Assembly: GCA_030704615.1 (NCBI GenBank)
Contig: CM060734.1
Location: 61,380,001-61,444,000, forward strand
Source: Takakia lepidozioides
Taxonomy: Eukaryota; Plantae; Bryophyta
DNA: 64,000 bases
Direction: 5' to 3'
The position numbers and the translations under genes are program-made. A model generated the notes under the pieces. It was given only the letters and a program-made list of their open reading frames with translations, was not told the DNA's origin and did not search any database. Positions 10,201 to 21,500 of this stretch are shown here, one piece after another; positions within the stretch are counted from its first letter, which is position 1; every line of letters starts with the position of its first letter.

Positions 10201-12361
10201 CTCACACAGGTGCCCCTGAAGTCCAAATATTTCACCCAGAAACATTGAAATGCTCAGCTCAAACAGTGTGCGTTGCCGCACACTGTCTGAGCTGGCAGTG
10301 AAGGGTTCATTTCACTCTCACACAGGTGCCCCTGAAGTCCAAATATTTCACCCAGAAACATTGAAATGCTCAGCTCAAACAGTGTGCGTTGCCGCACACT
10401 GTCTGAGCTGGCAGTGAAGGGTTCTTTTCACACTCACACAGGTGCCCCTGAAGTCCAATTTTTGCATCCAGAAACATTGAAATGCTCAGCTCAAACAGTG
10501 TGCGTTGCCGCACACTGTCTGAGCTGGCAGTGAAGGGTTCTTTTCACACTCACACAGGTGCCCCTGAAGTCCAAATATTTCACCCAGAAACATTGAAATG
10601 CTCAGCTCAAACAGTGTGCGTTGCCGCACACTGTCTGAGCTGGCAGTGAAGGGTTCATTTCACACTCACACAGGTGCCCCTGAAGTCCAATTTTTGCATC
10701 CAGAAACATTGAAATGCTCAGCTCAAACAGTGTGCGTTGCCGCACACTGTCTGAGCTGGCAGTGAAGGGTTCATTTCACACTCACACAGGTGCCCTGAAG
10801 TCCAATTTTTGCATCCAGAAACATTGAAATGCTCAGCTCAAACAGTGTGCGTTGCCGCACACTGTCTGAGCTGGCAGTGAAGGGTTCTTTTCACACTCAC
10901 ACAGGTGCCCCTGAAGTCCAAATATTTCACCCAGAAACATTGAAATGCTCAGCTCAAACAGTGTGCGTTGCCGCACACTGTATGAGCTGGCAGTGAAGGG
11001 TTCTTTTCACACTCACACAGGTGCCCCTGAAGTCCAATTTTGCATCCAGAAACATTGAAATGCTCAGCTCAAACAGTGTGCGTTGCCGCACACTGTCTGA
11101 GCTGGCAGTGAAGGGTTCTTTTCACACTCACACAGGTGCCCATGAAGTCCAAATTTTGCACCCAGAAACATTGAAATGCTCAGCTCAAACAGTGTGCGTT
11201 GCCGCACACTGTCTGGGCTGGCAGTGAAGGGTTCTTTTCACACTCACACAGGTGCCCCTGAAGTCCAAATATTTCACCCAGAAACATTGAAATGCTCAGC
11301 TCAAACAGTGTGCGTTGCCGCACACTGTCTGAGCTGGCAGTGAAGGGTTCATTTCACACTCACACAGGTGCCCCTGAAGTCCAATTTTTGCATCCAGAAA
11401 CATTGAAATGCTCAGCTCAAACAGTGTGCGTTGCCGCACACTGTCTGAGCTGGCAGTGAAGGGTTCATTTCACACTAACATAACAGACATCAAGACCAAA
11501 TTTTGAACCCTAAAACATTGAAAAGGTCTGCTCAAACATTGTGCGTTGCCGCACGCTGTTTGAGCTGGTTTTGAAGGGTTCATTTCAACCTCAGATAACA
11601 GACAGCAAAGACCAAATTTTGCACCCAGAAACACCGAAATGCCCAGCTCAAACAGTGTGCGTTGCCGCACACTGTCTGAGCTGGCAGTGAAGGGTTCATT
11701 TCACACTCACACAGGTGCCCCTGAAGTCCAAATTTTGCACCCATAAACATTGAAATGCTCAGCTCAAACAGTGTGCGTTGCCGCACACTGTCTGGGCTGG
11801 CAGTGAAGGGTTCATTTCACACTCACACAGGTGCCCCTGAAGTCCAAATTTTGCACCCATAAACATTGAAATGCTCAGCTCAAACAGTGTGCGTTGCCGC
11901 ACACTGTCTGGGCTGGCAGTGAAGGGTTCGTTTCACCCTCACATAACAGACATCAAGACCAAATTTTGCAAGACCAATGGTTCTTTCTTTCACAAATACC
12001 TGCCATTCAAAGCCGAATTCTTCACAAATATGGGTCGTGTGGATTTTACCTTTTTCGTAGCTACTCGAGAAGACTCCCCAGTTGCCGGGGACGCTTTCCG
12101 CTTGGGGCTGCTCTCTTCGCCGACTATGTAGGTGAGCCTCTCCCCCTTCCTCTTTCCCGTGGTCAGATCGTTCGTGAGGCCAGTGTCAACATCTTCCTCC
12201 ATGTCGTCTGTCTCTCCCTCAGACGCAGTGTCCTCCTCGCCTGTTCCTGGAACTATGGTGGGTTGTTGTTCTTCTCCAGATTCCTGCTCCTCCATCGCCA
12301 CACTTTCCTGTATTCCCTCTTCTTCCTCCTTTTCCTCTTCCTCCACTCTTTCCATCCTCAT
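4286..12361 (-). CDS. ParB/Srx-like domain + beta-class N6A/N4C DNA methyltransferase-like protein (10 exons, ~1157 aa)
   Basis: Exons 12361-12050, 8405-7810, 7714-7522, 7409-6969, 6849-6626, 6484-5833, 5730-5392, 5265-4980, 4863-4674, 4526-4286. All have GT-AG boundaries with compatible phases and total 3474 nt. Motifs: FHVWDGNHRLLAW (ParB/Srx), LIILDIPDG (motif IV position) and RSPAFIQTIVECCTYTDARVLDLSMGTGASYHACKASARHVFGIEGD (motifs X/I/II). Exon 1 and exon 10 assignments are less certain than the core. Confidence 0.8.
8560..11970. repeat. Tandem array, ~29 copies of a 116-bp unit each containing a 40-bp hairpin
   Basis: GAAGTCC recurs at 8714, 8830, 8946, 9061 and onward with period 114-116. 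Hairpin CAGCTCAAACAGTGTGCG-TTGC-CGCACACTGTCTGAGCTG has 18-bp arms with 1 mismatch. Edge units are degenerate. Confidence 0.97.
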
Positions 12362-13303
12362 TCTATATCTAGCTCTATTCCTGTTTCTAGAACTCGTGAA
12401 GTATAATGACTTCCTTCTCTTTCTCCTCCGCTGGAAACAAGGGCTCCCCACGATGCCCCTGGAGCTCTCCAGTTTGACGTTTGCAACAAGTTCTGGTATC
12501 GCATGTAACAAAAATAAAAATGGACGTTGTCAACCGTATTTGGATGCGGGTGTTCATATTGTGTGCGAACGGAATTCATCCATTTTGTCGTCTTTGTATT
12601 ACCCAGCTAATAAAGCGCCGAAGAAAAAGAATATCCGTTGCATGCATTTGCGATATATGTCAGATGTGCTTCGCCGCCTGCCAATACATGGCGGCCTCCT
12701 TGCCTTCTTTCAAATTCGAATGCGCCGTAGAAATGTAGTGCTTTTTCAATTCCGAGCAGTTCTTCCAGATTCGCAATAATTGTTATGCTTCACATATGCA
12801 TCCACGTGTGTTGTGCTGCATGCCCTGTGGTTTTTTTTATGCCGTGACCGTCCCCATGGGGTCATTCGGTATAAAGGATTGTGTCGGATATGACCATGTG
12901 TTGCACACATTCGTGCGAGGTATCTCTTGAAGTGTCGGTGTTTGTTCTGTGCTATTCTGGCGCAACACAATCTCATTACAATCGGATCTTCCTGTTTACT
13001 GCTCTCCAGGGTTGTTGCCGTCATTTCATAATGGATGGTTTCATGTCAATTTCAGGGTTTGTTTTCCATCCAAAAACAGTACGGCTTCTTGTGGCTCTGG
13101 TCTTTCAAAACCGTTTTTCTGGTTGGTGGGAGGTGAATGTGCACGTCATCCCTACATCCTTGGCATGCATCGCCGGCAGCCTTGGGTTTGGTGCTACCCT
13201 TGTTGACCTCAGTTTGCTGGTGGTATTTCCACTTTCGATAATTACGGGCTCTCAGTTCGGGGATTCCGTTCTGCATCGGCAGTTTCGTTCAGTGCTGGAA
13301 AAC

Positions 13304-16300
13304 ATGTCGAGGGAGCGAGATGCACTCGCTCGATTCCATTCCAATGCAGGTACTCTTCCACTGACTGCCACTGCAGACGACGATGGGTATGCAGTTGTTC
13401 ATGAGGATGAGCTGGTTACAGTGTTCCCGCTGGAGTTGGGTTCTCTGCTTGTTCAGAAAGAGGTGTATGACGAGGATGGGAATTTGGATTCTGGGCACTT
13501 GGAGAAACCCATGGTTGGCGAGTGTGGAAGGAAGTGGAGAGTCCTTCCAGGAACATACCGTGTCCTTGGAAAAGAGAGAAGACAATCAGCAGGATCAGTC
13601 GTTACCCCTGGCACTGCAGCATCGGTCGTGCAACAGAAGGGCACAGTTCCTGTGAAACAAGAGGTGAGCACATCCACTACCTTCGTTACTCTTTCGGACT
13701 CGTCCTCGGAGGATGTTTCTGAGATTCCTCCGCCAGTGCAAACTCCCTTATTGGATGATGACGAATTGCGCGAGATAACAAGTGTCATTCCAAAATTGAA
13801 AGCCCTCGCAGGTGTGCCTGGGTGCAAGAGCGAGCTACGTTTTGTTGATTGGGAGTCCCTTCCAGTGCAACGTGTTCAATACGTGCCAGCTCAGTTTGAT
13901 GGGGACATCTTGTTTGAGCTCAACCCTCCCACGTCTTCCAGTGGACTGGCTGGGCTTCTGCAGGGCATGGACAAGAGACATGACGGACATCCTTGGTGCA
14001 GGACAAAAACTTCGAACATCCATAACGACATTGGCTTGAAATTTCGGAGGTCGGTTTGCGTTGGGCATTGCAAGTGCCTGAATATTTCTTGCCCTCGGCT
14101 GAGAAACAGCGCTCAGCCAAACGAAAGTGAGTGGGAAGGTGTGCCCCTGAATCCTTTCACCCCAGGGCTTGCACCTCCCAATACCAATACTTTTGTGTGC
14201 AGGTTCTGCAAACTTTCCCCGTCCTGTGTTTCTGTTTGCCACGCTCGTATGTATCAGGTGGCACATCGATGCAAGACAATGACTCGTGCCTGCATTCATA
14301 TGGGTGCACACGAGCATCCTGTGTCCAAAGGGAGTTGCAGGGATAGCGTGGACATCGCTAGAAATCTACTGAAGCAAGAGTTCCATAATGCCCCTTCTGC
14401 AACACCTTCTGCTATAGCGCTTGCAGCTAGCAAGGCATTCCTGGAAAAACACATACTGGGTGAAGGGGATTCGACACAGCCAATGCTGGATGCAGATTCC
14501 CTTGAGGCAGTCATGGACCATTTCTCCGTGTTGAGCTCTCCCAATATTCGAAACCAGGTGAATGCACTCAGAATGGGCACAGGCACTGCTGGATTCATGG
14601 ACAACATTATGGACCTCAAACGGAGGAGTCGCTATGAATTCATTCAAAACAGTATGTTCCCTGGCCAGGGCTCGTCCAAAGTGTATTTGTTCAAGATGTC
14701 CGCTGTGGGCCAAGGCAGTGGTGTGAGCATTGTCCGCCGAATGCAACCTGGAGGAGATTTGGCTAAATGTTGGTTAATGTTTGATCACTGCAAACGGGTG
14801 AAGGGTTGGACAACCATGGCGTGCCATGTGTATGATCCAGCGTACCAGCGTGTGCTCTCCATAGCAATTTGTGATATGCAGTCGGAGGACACTGAATCCC
14901 AGATGCTCATGTGGAAGTCCCTCCTGACCGTCATGCAGCGCAATGGAATACAGAACACAAACTTTGCGGGCTTCATGGCTGATAGTGCACAGGCAAATTT
15001 CAATGCAGTGCGGCGCGTGTTTGGTTCTGGGGATCCTAAGGTCCCCATGGAAAATAGGGAGCGCACATGCCTCTTCCATTGGAGTCAATCTCTGGCACGT
15101 CATACAAAGCGCTGCATTCGCCCTGACCTTCAGTTGGAGCATAGAAGGCTCTGTCTGAAGTACAAGAATGCCACCTCAATGGGAGAAGCAGAGAGCACTT
15201 ACCAGGCAATCCGGGCTTGGTGGTTCTCCGCTGGTGCTGCTACAGGTATCCACCTGAAGGAGTTGGAGGACTGGTTGGTTTTCTGGCACTTCAGGTACAG
15301 ATAGTGGGGAGCTTTCATGACGACGGTAAGCCTCACAAGTTTTCCTTAAACACAAATTGCACTTTGCATCGTGCCTGTTCATTTGGGGTTGTTCGATTGT
15401 CACTTGAATAACCTCTACCATTTCTTTTCCTTCCTCACATTTCCATGCAATGCCTCCTGCAGGACATGTCCTTGGAGGACTTGGCCGACATGCCATCGTG
15501 TAATTTGGCAGAGACTGTTCACAACGCCTGGATGCAACAGTCTACCAAAGCAGGTCGTGACTTGTATGTGGCCACTGCTGATGACATGGTGCGGGCATTT
15601 ACACAACAAACCAGGTACCGCAATTTTCTGATGGGACGGGGTGGAGGGAAGGGCCCCGATTCGACTTTGTTGATGCTAAGGGCTGCGAGTAGGTCCGGAG
15701 ACCCGTCAAAGATGGCCAGAGCTCTAAACAGGTGCACTGAAGGTTCCCCTCTGCAATCCAGGCTCCCCCATTTGGAAGGCGAGGAAAGATTTGGATCATG
15801 CAAAAGGAAATTAAACACTCTTCCAGGGTCAGATGGAGATTCCCATAGGCCAGACAGGGTCAATTTCTCTGTGCCAAAGGTGTCTCCAGTGCAGACTAAG
15901 TCCTGTGCCGGCCCCTTCCCAGGTGGGTCCTCCTCCTGTGGAGCAGGTGCGGAACATGCAAGCATAGCAGCGGAAATCCCATTGGAGGAGGTGGTGGCCA
16001 TGGTGCAGGAATCTGATTGCATTGATAGTGACTGGCATATAGAACGCACCCCACCAGGATCTAGAGTGGCTTGCATGGCAATTCGGACCCCCTCTTTCAA
16101 GAAATGCAAATCAAAAATATGCAAAGGCTCCAGGGGGACTCCAGCTCCAACATTCACAGGGTTGTTCCGACCTTATCATAGTGGGGAGTCAAAAGAGCAC
16201 AAGTTTTGGTTCTGCCCAGACGATATGGCACGATGCGTGAAGGGAACAGTTCGTCCTTCCGTGATAATGAAGCCCCCTCCCCCCGCAATTTGGCCTGTGC

Positions 16301-16875
16301 AAATTGGGACATCGCTGTCCTCAACCGAGATAAGCATGCTGGAGGAGGGAGGGTTTTGTCTTGCACGGTCCCGGGTGGTGCCCTTATGCACTGTCGGCAC
16401 AGATGTGCCACATGCTCCGACAATGCCTCCACCCGGTGCCAACTCCCACCCAACAAAAAGAGATGGAAAAACAGTGCGCCGTGTTGCTTCGGGTGCAGAT
16501 CACGAATGCAAGATGGAATCGGCTAGAATTTTGCAGGCTACGGTGGCTCGTATCACCGAAGTCCCTTCCCCGGGGTATGGACGGATTTACACAGTGCTGT
16601 CAATTGGCTCAGTTCTTCATGCCAAAGAATATCAAGTTACCATTGGGAATTTCCCATCGTGCACTTGTCCGGATTTTGTAACGATGCGTGAGGGCGCTCT
16701 CGGCATGAGAGGGAAGTGGGTCCCCTGCAAGCATCAATATTACATATACCTTGTAATTATGTGTTGCGACGGTAAGAGAGACCAATTCATTCACCAAGCC
16801 ACACTAGGCTACGGAGAAGTCATCACCCTTCTGCAGCGGGACACCTCGCGTAGAGCTCCGCCAACTTCTCTTTGA
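13304..16875 (+). pseudogene. MULE transposase of element B: GCM-like Zn DNA-binding domain, DDE core, C-terminal SWIM finger; one premature stop
   Basis: GCM-like HDGHPW..FRRSVCVGHCKC..C..CRFC..C..GAHEHP; D (LMFDH), D (FMADS), CxxH (CLFH), E (NLAET); SWIM CTCPDF..CKH. Intron 15326-15462. TAG at 15302-15304 where element A has CAG. Confidence 0.9.
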
Positions 16876-17303
16876 ACACATACGAGCCATGCCCGCTTCC
16901 CATGCTGGTTTCCAGGTTGCCGTGTGAAGACTTTTCATTTTATGACAAACATATACATTTCGTTCACTTGTGAGGGCAAATGCACTTGCGATTCATTGTA
17001 AGCGTCTCTCTGTGAATTGAAATAAACTGTGTCAATCATTCTGAGCTCAAATCTGACATGTTTACATATTCCTCTTTTTTGGCACGCATTGCAGACATGG
17101 TGCATGGTGGCCTCCTTTGTTTTGTCCACGGTAATAGGCCCTCTTCCTGCAATCCTCGCCTATAGGACCTGCTTCTCCAGCAGATTCATGCCGCTCACGC
17201 TTCCCTGAAGCGTGAGCTCAGCTCACGCTTCAAAGCTTGAACGTGAGCTCAGCTCCCAGGCTCACGGGGCTGGGCTCACGCCGTAGCTACGCTGGATGCG
17301 TCC

Positions 17304-17978
17304 ATACGGTCAACCAGAAGCCAAGAACCACAAGTTCTGGTTCTGCGCAGATGATTGTGCCAGATGTGTGCATGGAACTGTGCGTCCTTCCGTAGTGATG
17401 AAGCCACTCCTCCAACCGTTTGGCCCGTGAAGGTGGGAACACATCTCAGCTTTCAGGAGATTGAAATGCTGGAGGAGGCAGGTTTTTCCCTTGCGAGACA
17501 ACCCCAACTCCATGCATGTGCTACTACTTCTGCGTCCTCCCGGGTCCCCCCGGCAAATCCTGACTTGTGGCCAACCAAACGAGATGGAAAGCTCGTTCGG
17601 CATTTCCCTCCAACCGCTAAACACTTTGGCAAAGTGGAGTCCGCAAGAATGCTCCAAGCTCGTGTTGGAAGCACCACGGAAGTACCCGATCCAAGATATG
17701 GTCAGGTATTCACAATCATCACTTCCACATCTGCTGTTCATGACAGGACCTACGACATCACGGTTTCCAATTTCCCCAATTGCACATGTCCTGATTTTGT
17801 GAATATGCTATCAACCAGTTTGGGCAAGAGAGGTAAATTCATACCCTGCAAACATTTGTATTTCATATTTTTGAGGAGGATGGTTTGCGATCCCAAACGT
17901 GACAACTTCATTCACCAGGCCACTATGAGTTTCAACGAGGTCGATACTCTTTTGCAGCGGGATACAACACATGGGTAG
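17304..17978 (+). pseudogene. 3' end of element A transposase with SWIM finger
   Basis: HKFWFCADD...CTCPDF...CKHLY, colinear with B's C-terminus, resuming right after the TSD. Confidence 0.9.
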
Positions 17979-18558
17979 CATGAACTATGTAATGTGGTAT
18001 GTGGATGACCATGATTTGAAATGTGTAATTCACATCAATTCGTCGGCTGTGCAATGATATGGCCTCCAACTATACGGAGTGAGCTCTGAGTGACAACTTT
18101 TAGGTAGTGCACATTTGTCATTGCACCGTTCGAAGTCTACATGTCTTGCTGTCGCTATGCACTACAATCATCTTTTGAAGATGATCCTAACTCTCATTGT
18201 TATTTGAGGAGGGAGGAAGGTCTTCCCGTGGCAGCCTTTATGGCGCACACTTTGTGAGGATATTTTGTCATCCTCGTAATTGTAAAAGTGAAACAAGCAT
18301 TTGTAATTGCACAATGTTGGATGCTGCAATTGTAGGCCTCAATGCTCGTCTTGATTCTATTTAGGCAAGATTCCCTGCATTAATTCCACGGTCATAGGAC
18401 CATCCACGGTTATAGGCGGCGCATGTTAATGGTGACGTGGCAGATGACGGACAGTGCCATGTCATCATTTACCGCCACATCAGCATGCTGACATGACGCT
18501 CACGCCACGTCAGCGTGTGTACAGGCTCACGCGCAACTCTCACGCCATTGCGTCGTTG

Positions 18559-21500
18559 CATGGATGTCATGGCCCTGCATCGTGTGATCATGTGTGGTGG
18601 AACCCATACTTTGTCAAGTAGTTAAAAGCTTTTCATGTGTTGTCTCTTGATCAACTTTTAGCTCGCAAACCAGATTTCTATCTTGAGAGCATTAAGTTAC
18701 TACGAATTGAATGAGATGTGGGCAATGGATAGTCAATGTGCAAGTGCTTCTATGCATGATTTGGTTTCTGATCACTCTACCCCTATAGGGAATCTTTAGG
18801 ATCTGTCAACAGTAACCATGCTACAGAATCATTGAATTGACATGTGGAGATTGGGAGTTTTGGGGGGCCCACGGAGAGCCAGGGACCAAGTGAGTAAGTG
18901 GTGTCATCTAATGATGAGGAAGGGGAGCGACTATTGTTGGACAATCAGCTACGACTCTTGCGTGAACAGGCTCGATTCTGGAAACTTCACAATCGAAACT
19001 CTCCAACATGGGCGTTTTACAACATCAATGACAACATGCCAGTGGATGTAGCTAAGCCTCAGGTGATGCGATGCATTATTTGTCATACTGCCACAGTTGG
19101 TCCCGCCATATTAGCATTACGCACCAGATGTCAAAAAGGTCTCATCACGTACTTCAAGGCCAACGACATCACAACGATGAGAAAACACGTTGAGGTAGAG
19201 CACTTGTTGGTGTCTTCAAAATATGAAGATGAAATAAATAGTAGAGAGATGAACCCTTTGGATCAACAGCCTGCTAAAAAACGTCCTGGTGTCAGTCCAA
19301 CTGCAATTTCAGAATATTTTGGGGCTGTCAACCCATTCAAGAAAGATGACCCAGTCCAAAAGGCCCTTTTGGAGGATCTGGTTTTGATGGTCATTAAACA
19401 GTATATGCCTCTTAGGACAGTCGAGTCGATCTGGCTACAAAGAATGGCCCTCCGTCTATGTCCCAGGGTAGTCTTCCCAAGTAGGAAAGTTTTCATTGAT
19501 GAGGTGCTGCCTTCACTAGTTGAGAGAACCTTACAAACTTTTGTTGTTCCTACTTTGGCCTCTTGTGTCTCGGCTACAGCGAGCTTTGATTTGTGGATGT
19601 CCAAAGGAGCCTATGATGTTTTTGCCCTCGTCATTAACTTCTTGTCATCTGATTGGGAACCAAAACATGTAACCATAGGCCTGTTTGAAGCCACAAAAAC
19701 AAGTGGTCAGGCCATGACCATGAAACTTCAACAACTTCTTGCTAAGTTCTCTTTGACAAAAAAGATACTGTGCTATGTAAAAGACCAGGGTTCAAATTTG
19801 GCAAGCATGACACAAGCACTCAAGTCAGTTGTGAGTTTTGACAATTTACAGTTGAAGGAACCTTTCTCTGGATCATGCTTTGGACATGCTATGTCAAAAG
19901 CATGCCAATACGCCACCACGGATGAGAAAGTATGTACAGGGTTATCTTATGTCTCCATCAAGGCTGCCCAAAGTGACATACAAAAATGCATTACATGGCC
20001 TAAGAAGTCAGGTAAGGGCCGTCAGGAATGACAGAAGGCATGCATAGATTCTGGCATGCGGCCCCGCAAGCTTAATACTCCCGTCAAAACAAGGTAAGTT
20101 TGTTATTTTATGTTTGTTTGTACTATGATCATAATTAATGCATCTGTAATCTGATGTAGGCCTAGTAATAATTATGTCTTTACTGTGTATACTACTTTTG
20201 ATGCTTTGTGACAGTCTGGTCATCACTATTAATTACTGTAATCTGGTTAGAATTATGTTTTGTAATCTGGTTGTTTATTGTTTATAACCTAATCAATTTT
20301 CCTGCAATATTGTGGTCACCATTAATTGTTCATGATATTTGCTATGTGGTCACTCGTTGAATTTTGATGTAGTATTTATGGGGAGGGTGCAGGTTTGCAA
20401 GTAGGGTGCTGATGTTTGAGGATGCTCTACATTTCCGAACTGCCATCAATTTATGCTACAACCATTAAACACTGGTCTTGCAAGCTCGAGTTCCCACCAG
20501 TAAAACTTGGGCTATTGCTGGGGCTATGTGAAAACACTATTTCCTGTTGTCACTAGTTGTGTGCTCAACCAAAGTCGAGGCCATTGGTTGCTCACCGACG
20601 CTTTGAATGTGGCAATAACCATGTCGTTGCAATTCCAGCGAGAGATTGCAGCGATTACGATTGAAAACAGGTTTGTCGAAGCCTCACAAACCAATGGCTT
20701 TGACCGGGAGTTGACTGATTTGAGTGTTGCAATGATGAAAGAAGTGATTGGTGTTTTGTCACCTTTCTTGGCTTTCATGCATAAGTACGACAAGTTAAAA
20801 GCCCATAATATGCTTGCTTTGATGCTTGATCCTCGCTTCAAGGGCATGGCTTTGGTTTCGGAGTATGTAGGCCGAGAGGTGGCCCTCCGAATCGTGGAAG
20901 AATCTGACACGAAATCTTTACATCCTTTACTTCTCGCATGTTTCCAAGCTTTGGTACCATCTAGCCCCTTGGAAAGTGATTGTGGTCGAGTGCATGGCAA
21001 CATTCATGATTTATTCACGACCTCCGAAACAACGGCTGAAACCACTAAAGACATTGTCATCCGAGAATTGGCTTTGTTCCGACGTTTTGCAGTTGATGTA
21101 GAGAATTGCAGTAACCCTCTGACCTGGTGGAGGTCTCATGAACTAAAGTTTCCAACTATTGGTCATCTGGCTGGGCAGATATTGGGAATTGTTGGAAGCC
21201 AAATTGAGACAGAATGAATATTTTCTATTGCTGGAATCCTCACTGCTTTACGTCGTTGTCGTTTGCAAACAAACAATCTTGACAAGATGATCTTTGTTGC
21301 AAAAAATTGGCCTAATGATCCGAGAGAGGGTTGCAAGAGTTTCAAAGTGTTGGCTGATATGAAGGAGCTTGAGGATGAATTGGAAGAGCAGCTTGACGAG
21401 GAATTTGATGATGAAGTTGAACGTGAGGAATTTCCCGAGGGCGATGAGACTTTCTAGTGTTGTGCTAATGGTAAGATTCATTTCACTTTTTTTAGTGTAC

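Larger units (their letters stand above)
3883..17294. mobile_element. Complete Mutator-like element B, 13.4 kb, degenerate TIRs
   Basis: 9-bp TSD GATGCGTCC at 3874-3882 and 17295-17303. Removing the element restores A's frame (PTFTGLMRP|YGQPEAKNHKFWFC). Both ends read N7-GCTA-N3-CGTGAGCC inward, with subterminal CGTGAGC repeats. Confidence 0.95.
1..18558. mobile_element. Mutator-like element A (outer, internally deleted, left end outside window)
   Basis: Carries transposase fragments (2319-3882, resuming at 17304) and a minus-strand MTase-like gene paralogous to those of element B. Its right end (...CTCACGCCATTGCGTCGTTG, 18558) resembles B's right end (...CTCACGCCGTAGCTACGCTG) and is preceded by GCTCACG repeats. 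Confidence 0.8.

Noticed and set aside
8550-11786. Short ORFs in the tandem array
   Set aside because: The 116-bp period is not a multiple of 3; these ORFs are artefacts of the repeat.
8560-11970. CRISPR array
   Set aside because: The sequence between hairpins is near-identical rather than unique spacers; there are no cas genes; the context is eukaryotic.
12132-12779. Plus-strand Ser-rich 215-aa ORF
   Set aside because: It is the antisense shadow of the acidic exon 1 of the cargo gene.
12881-13303. N-terminal 141 aa of the 807-aa ORF as part of the transposase
   Set aside because: Non-ATG start and UTR/intron-like composition; the ATG at 13304 is the more plausible start.
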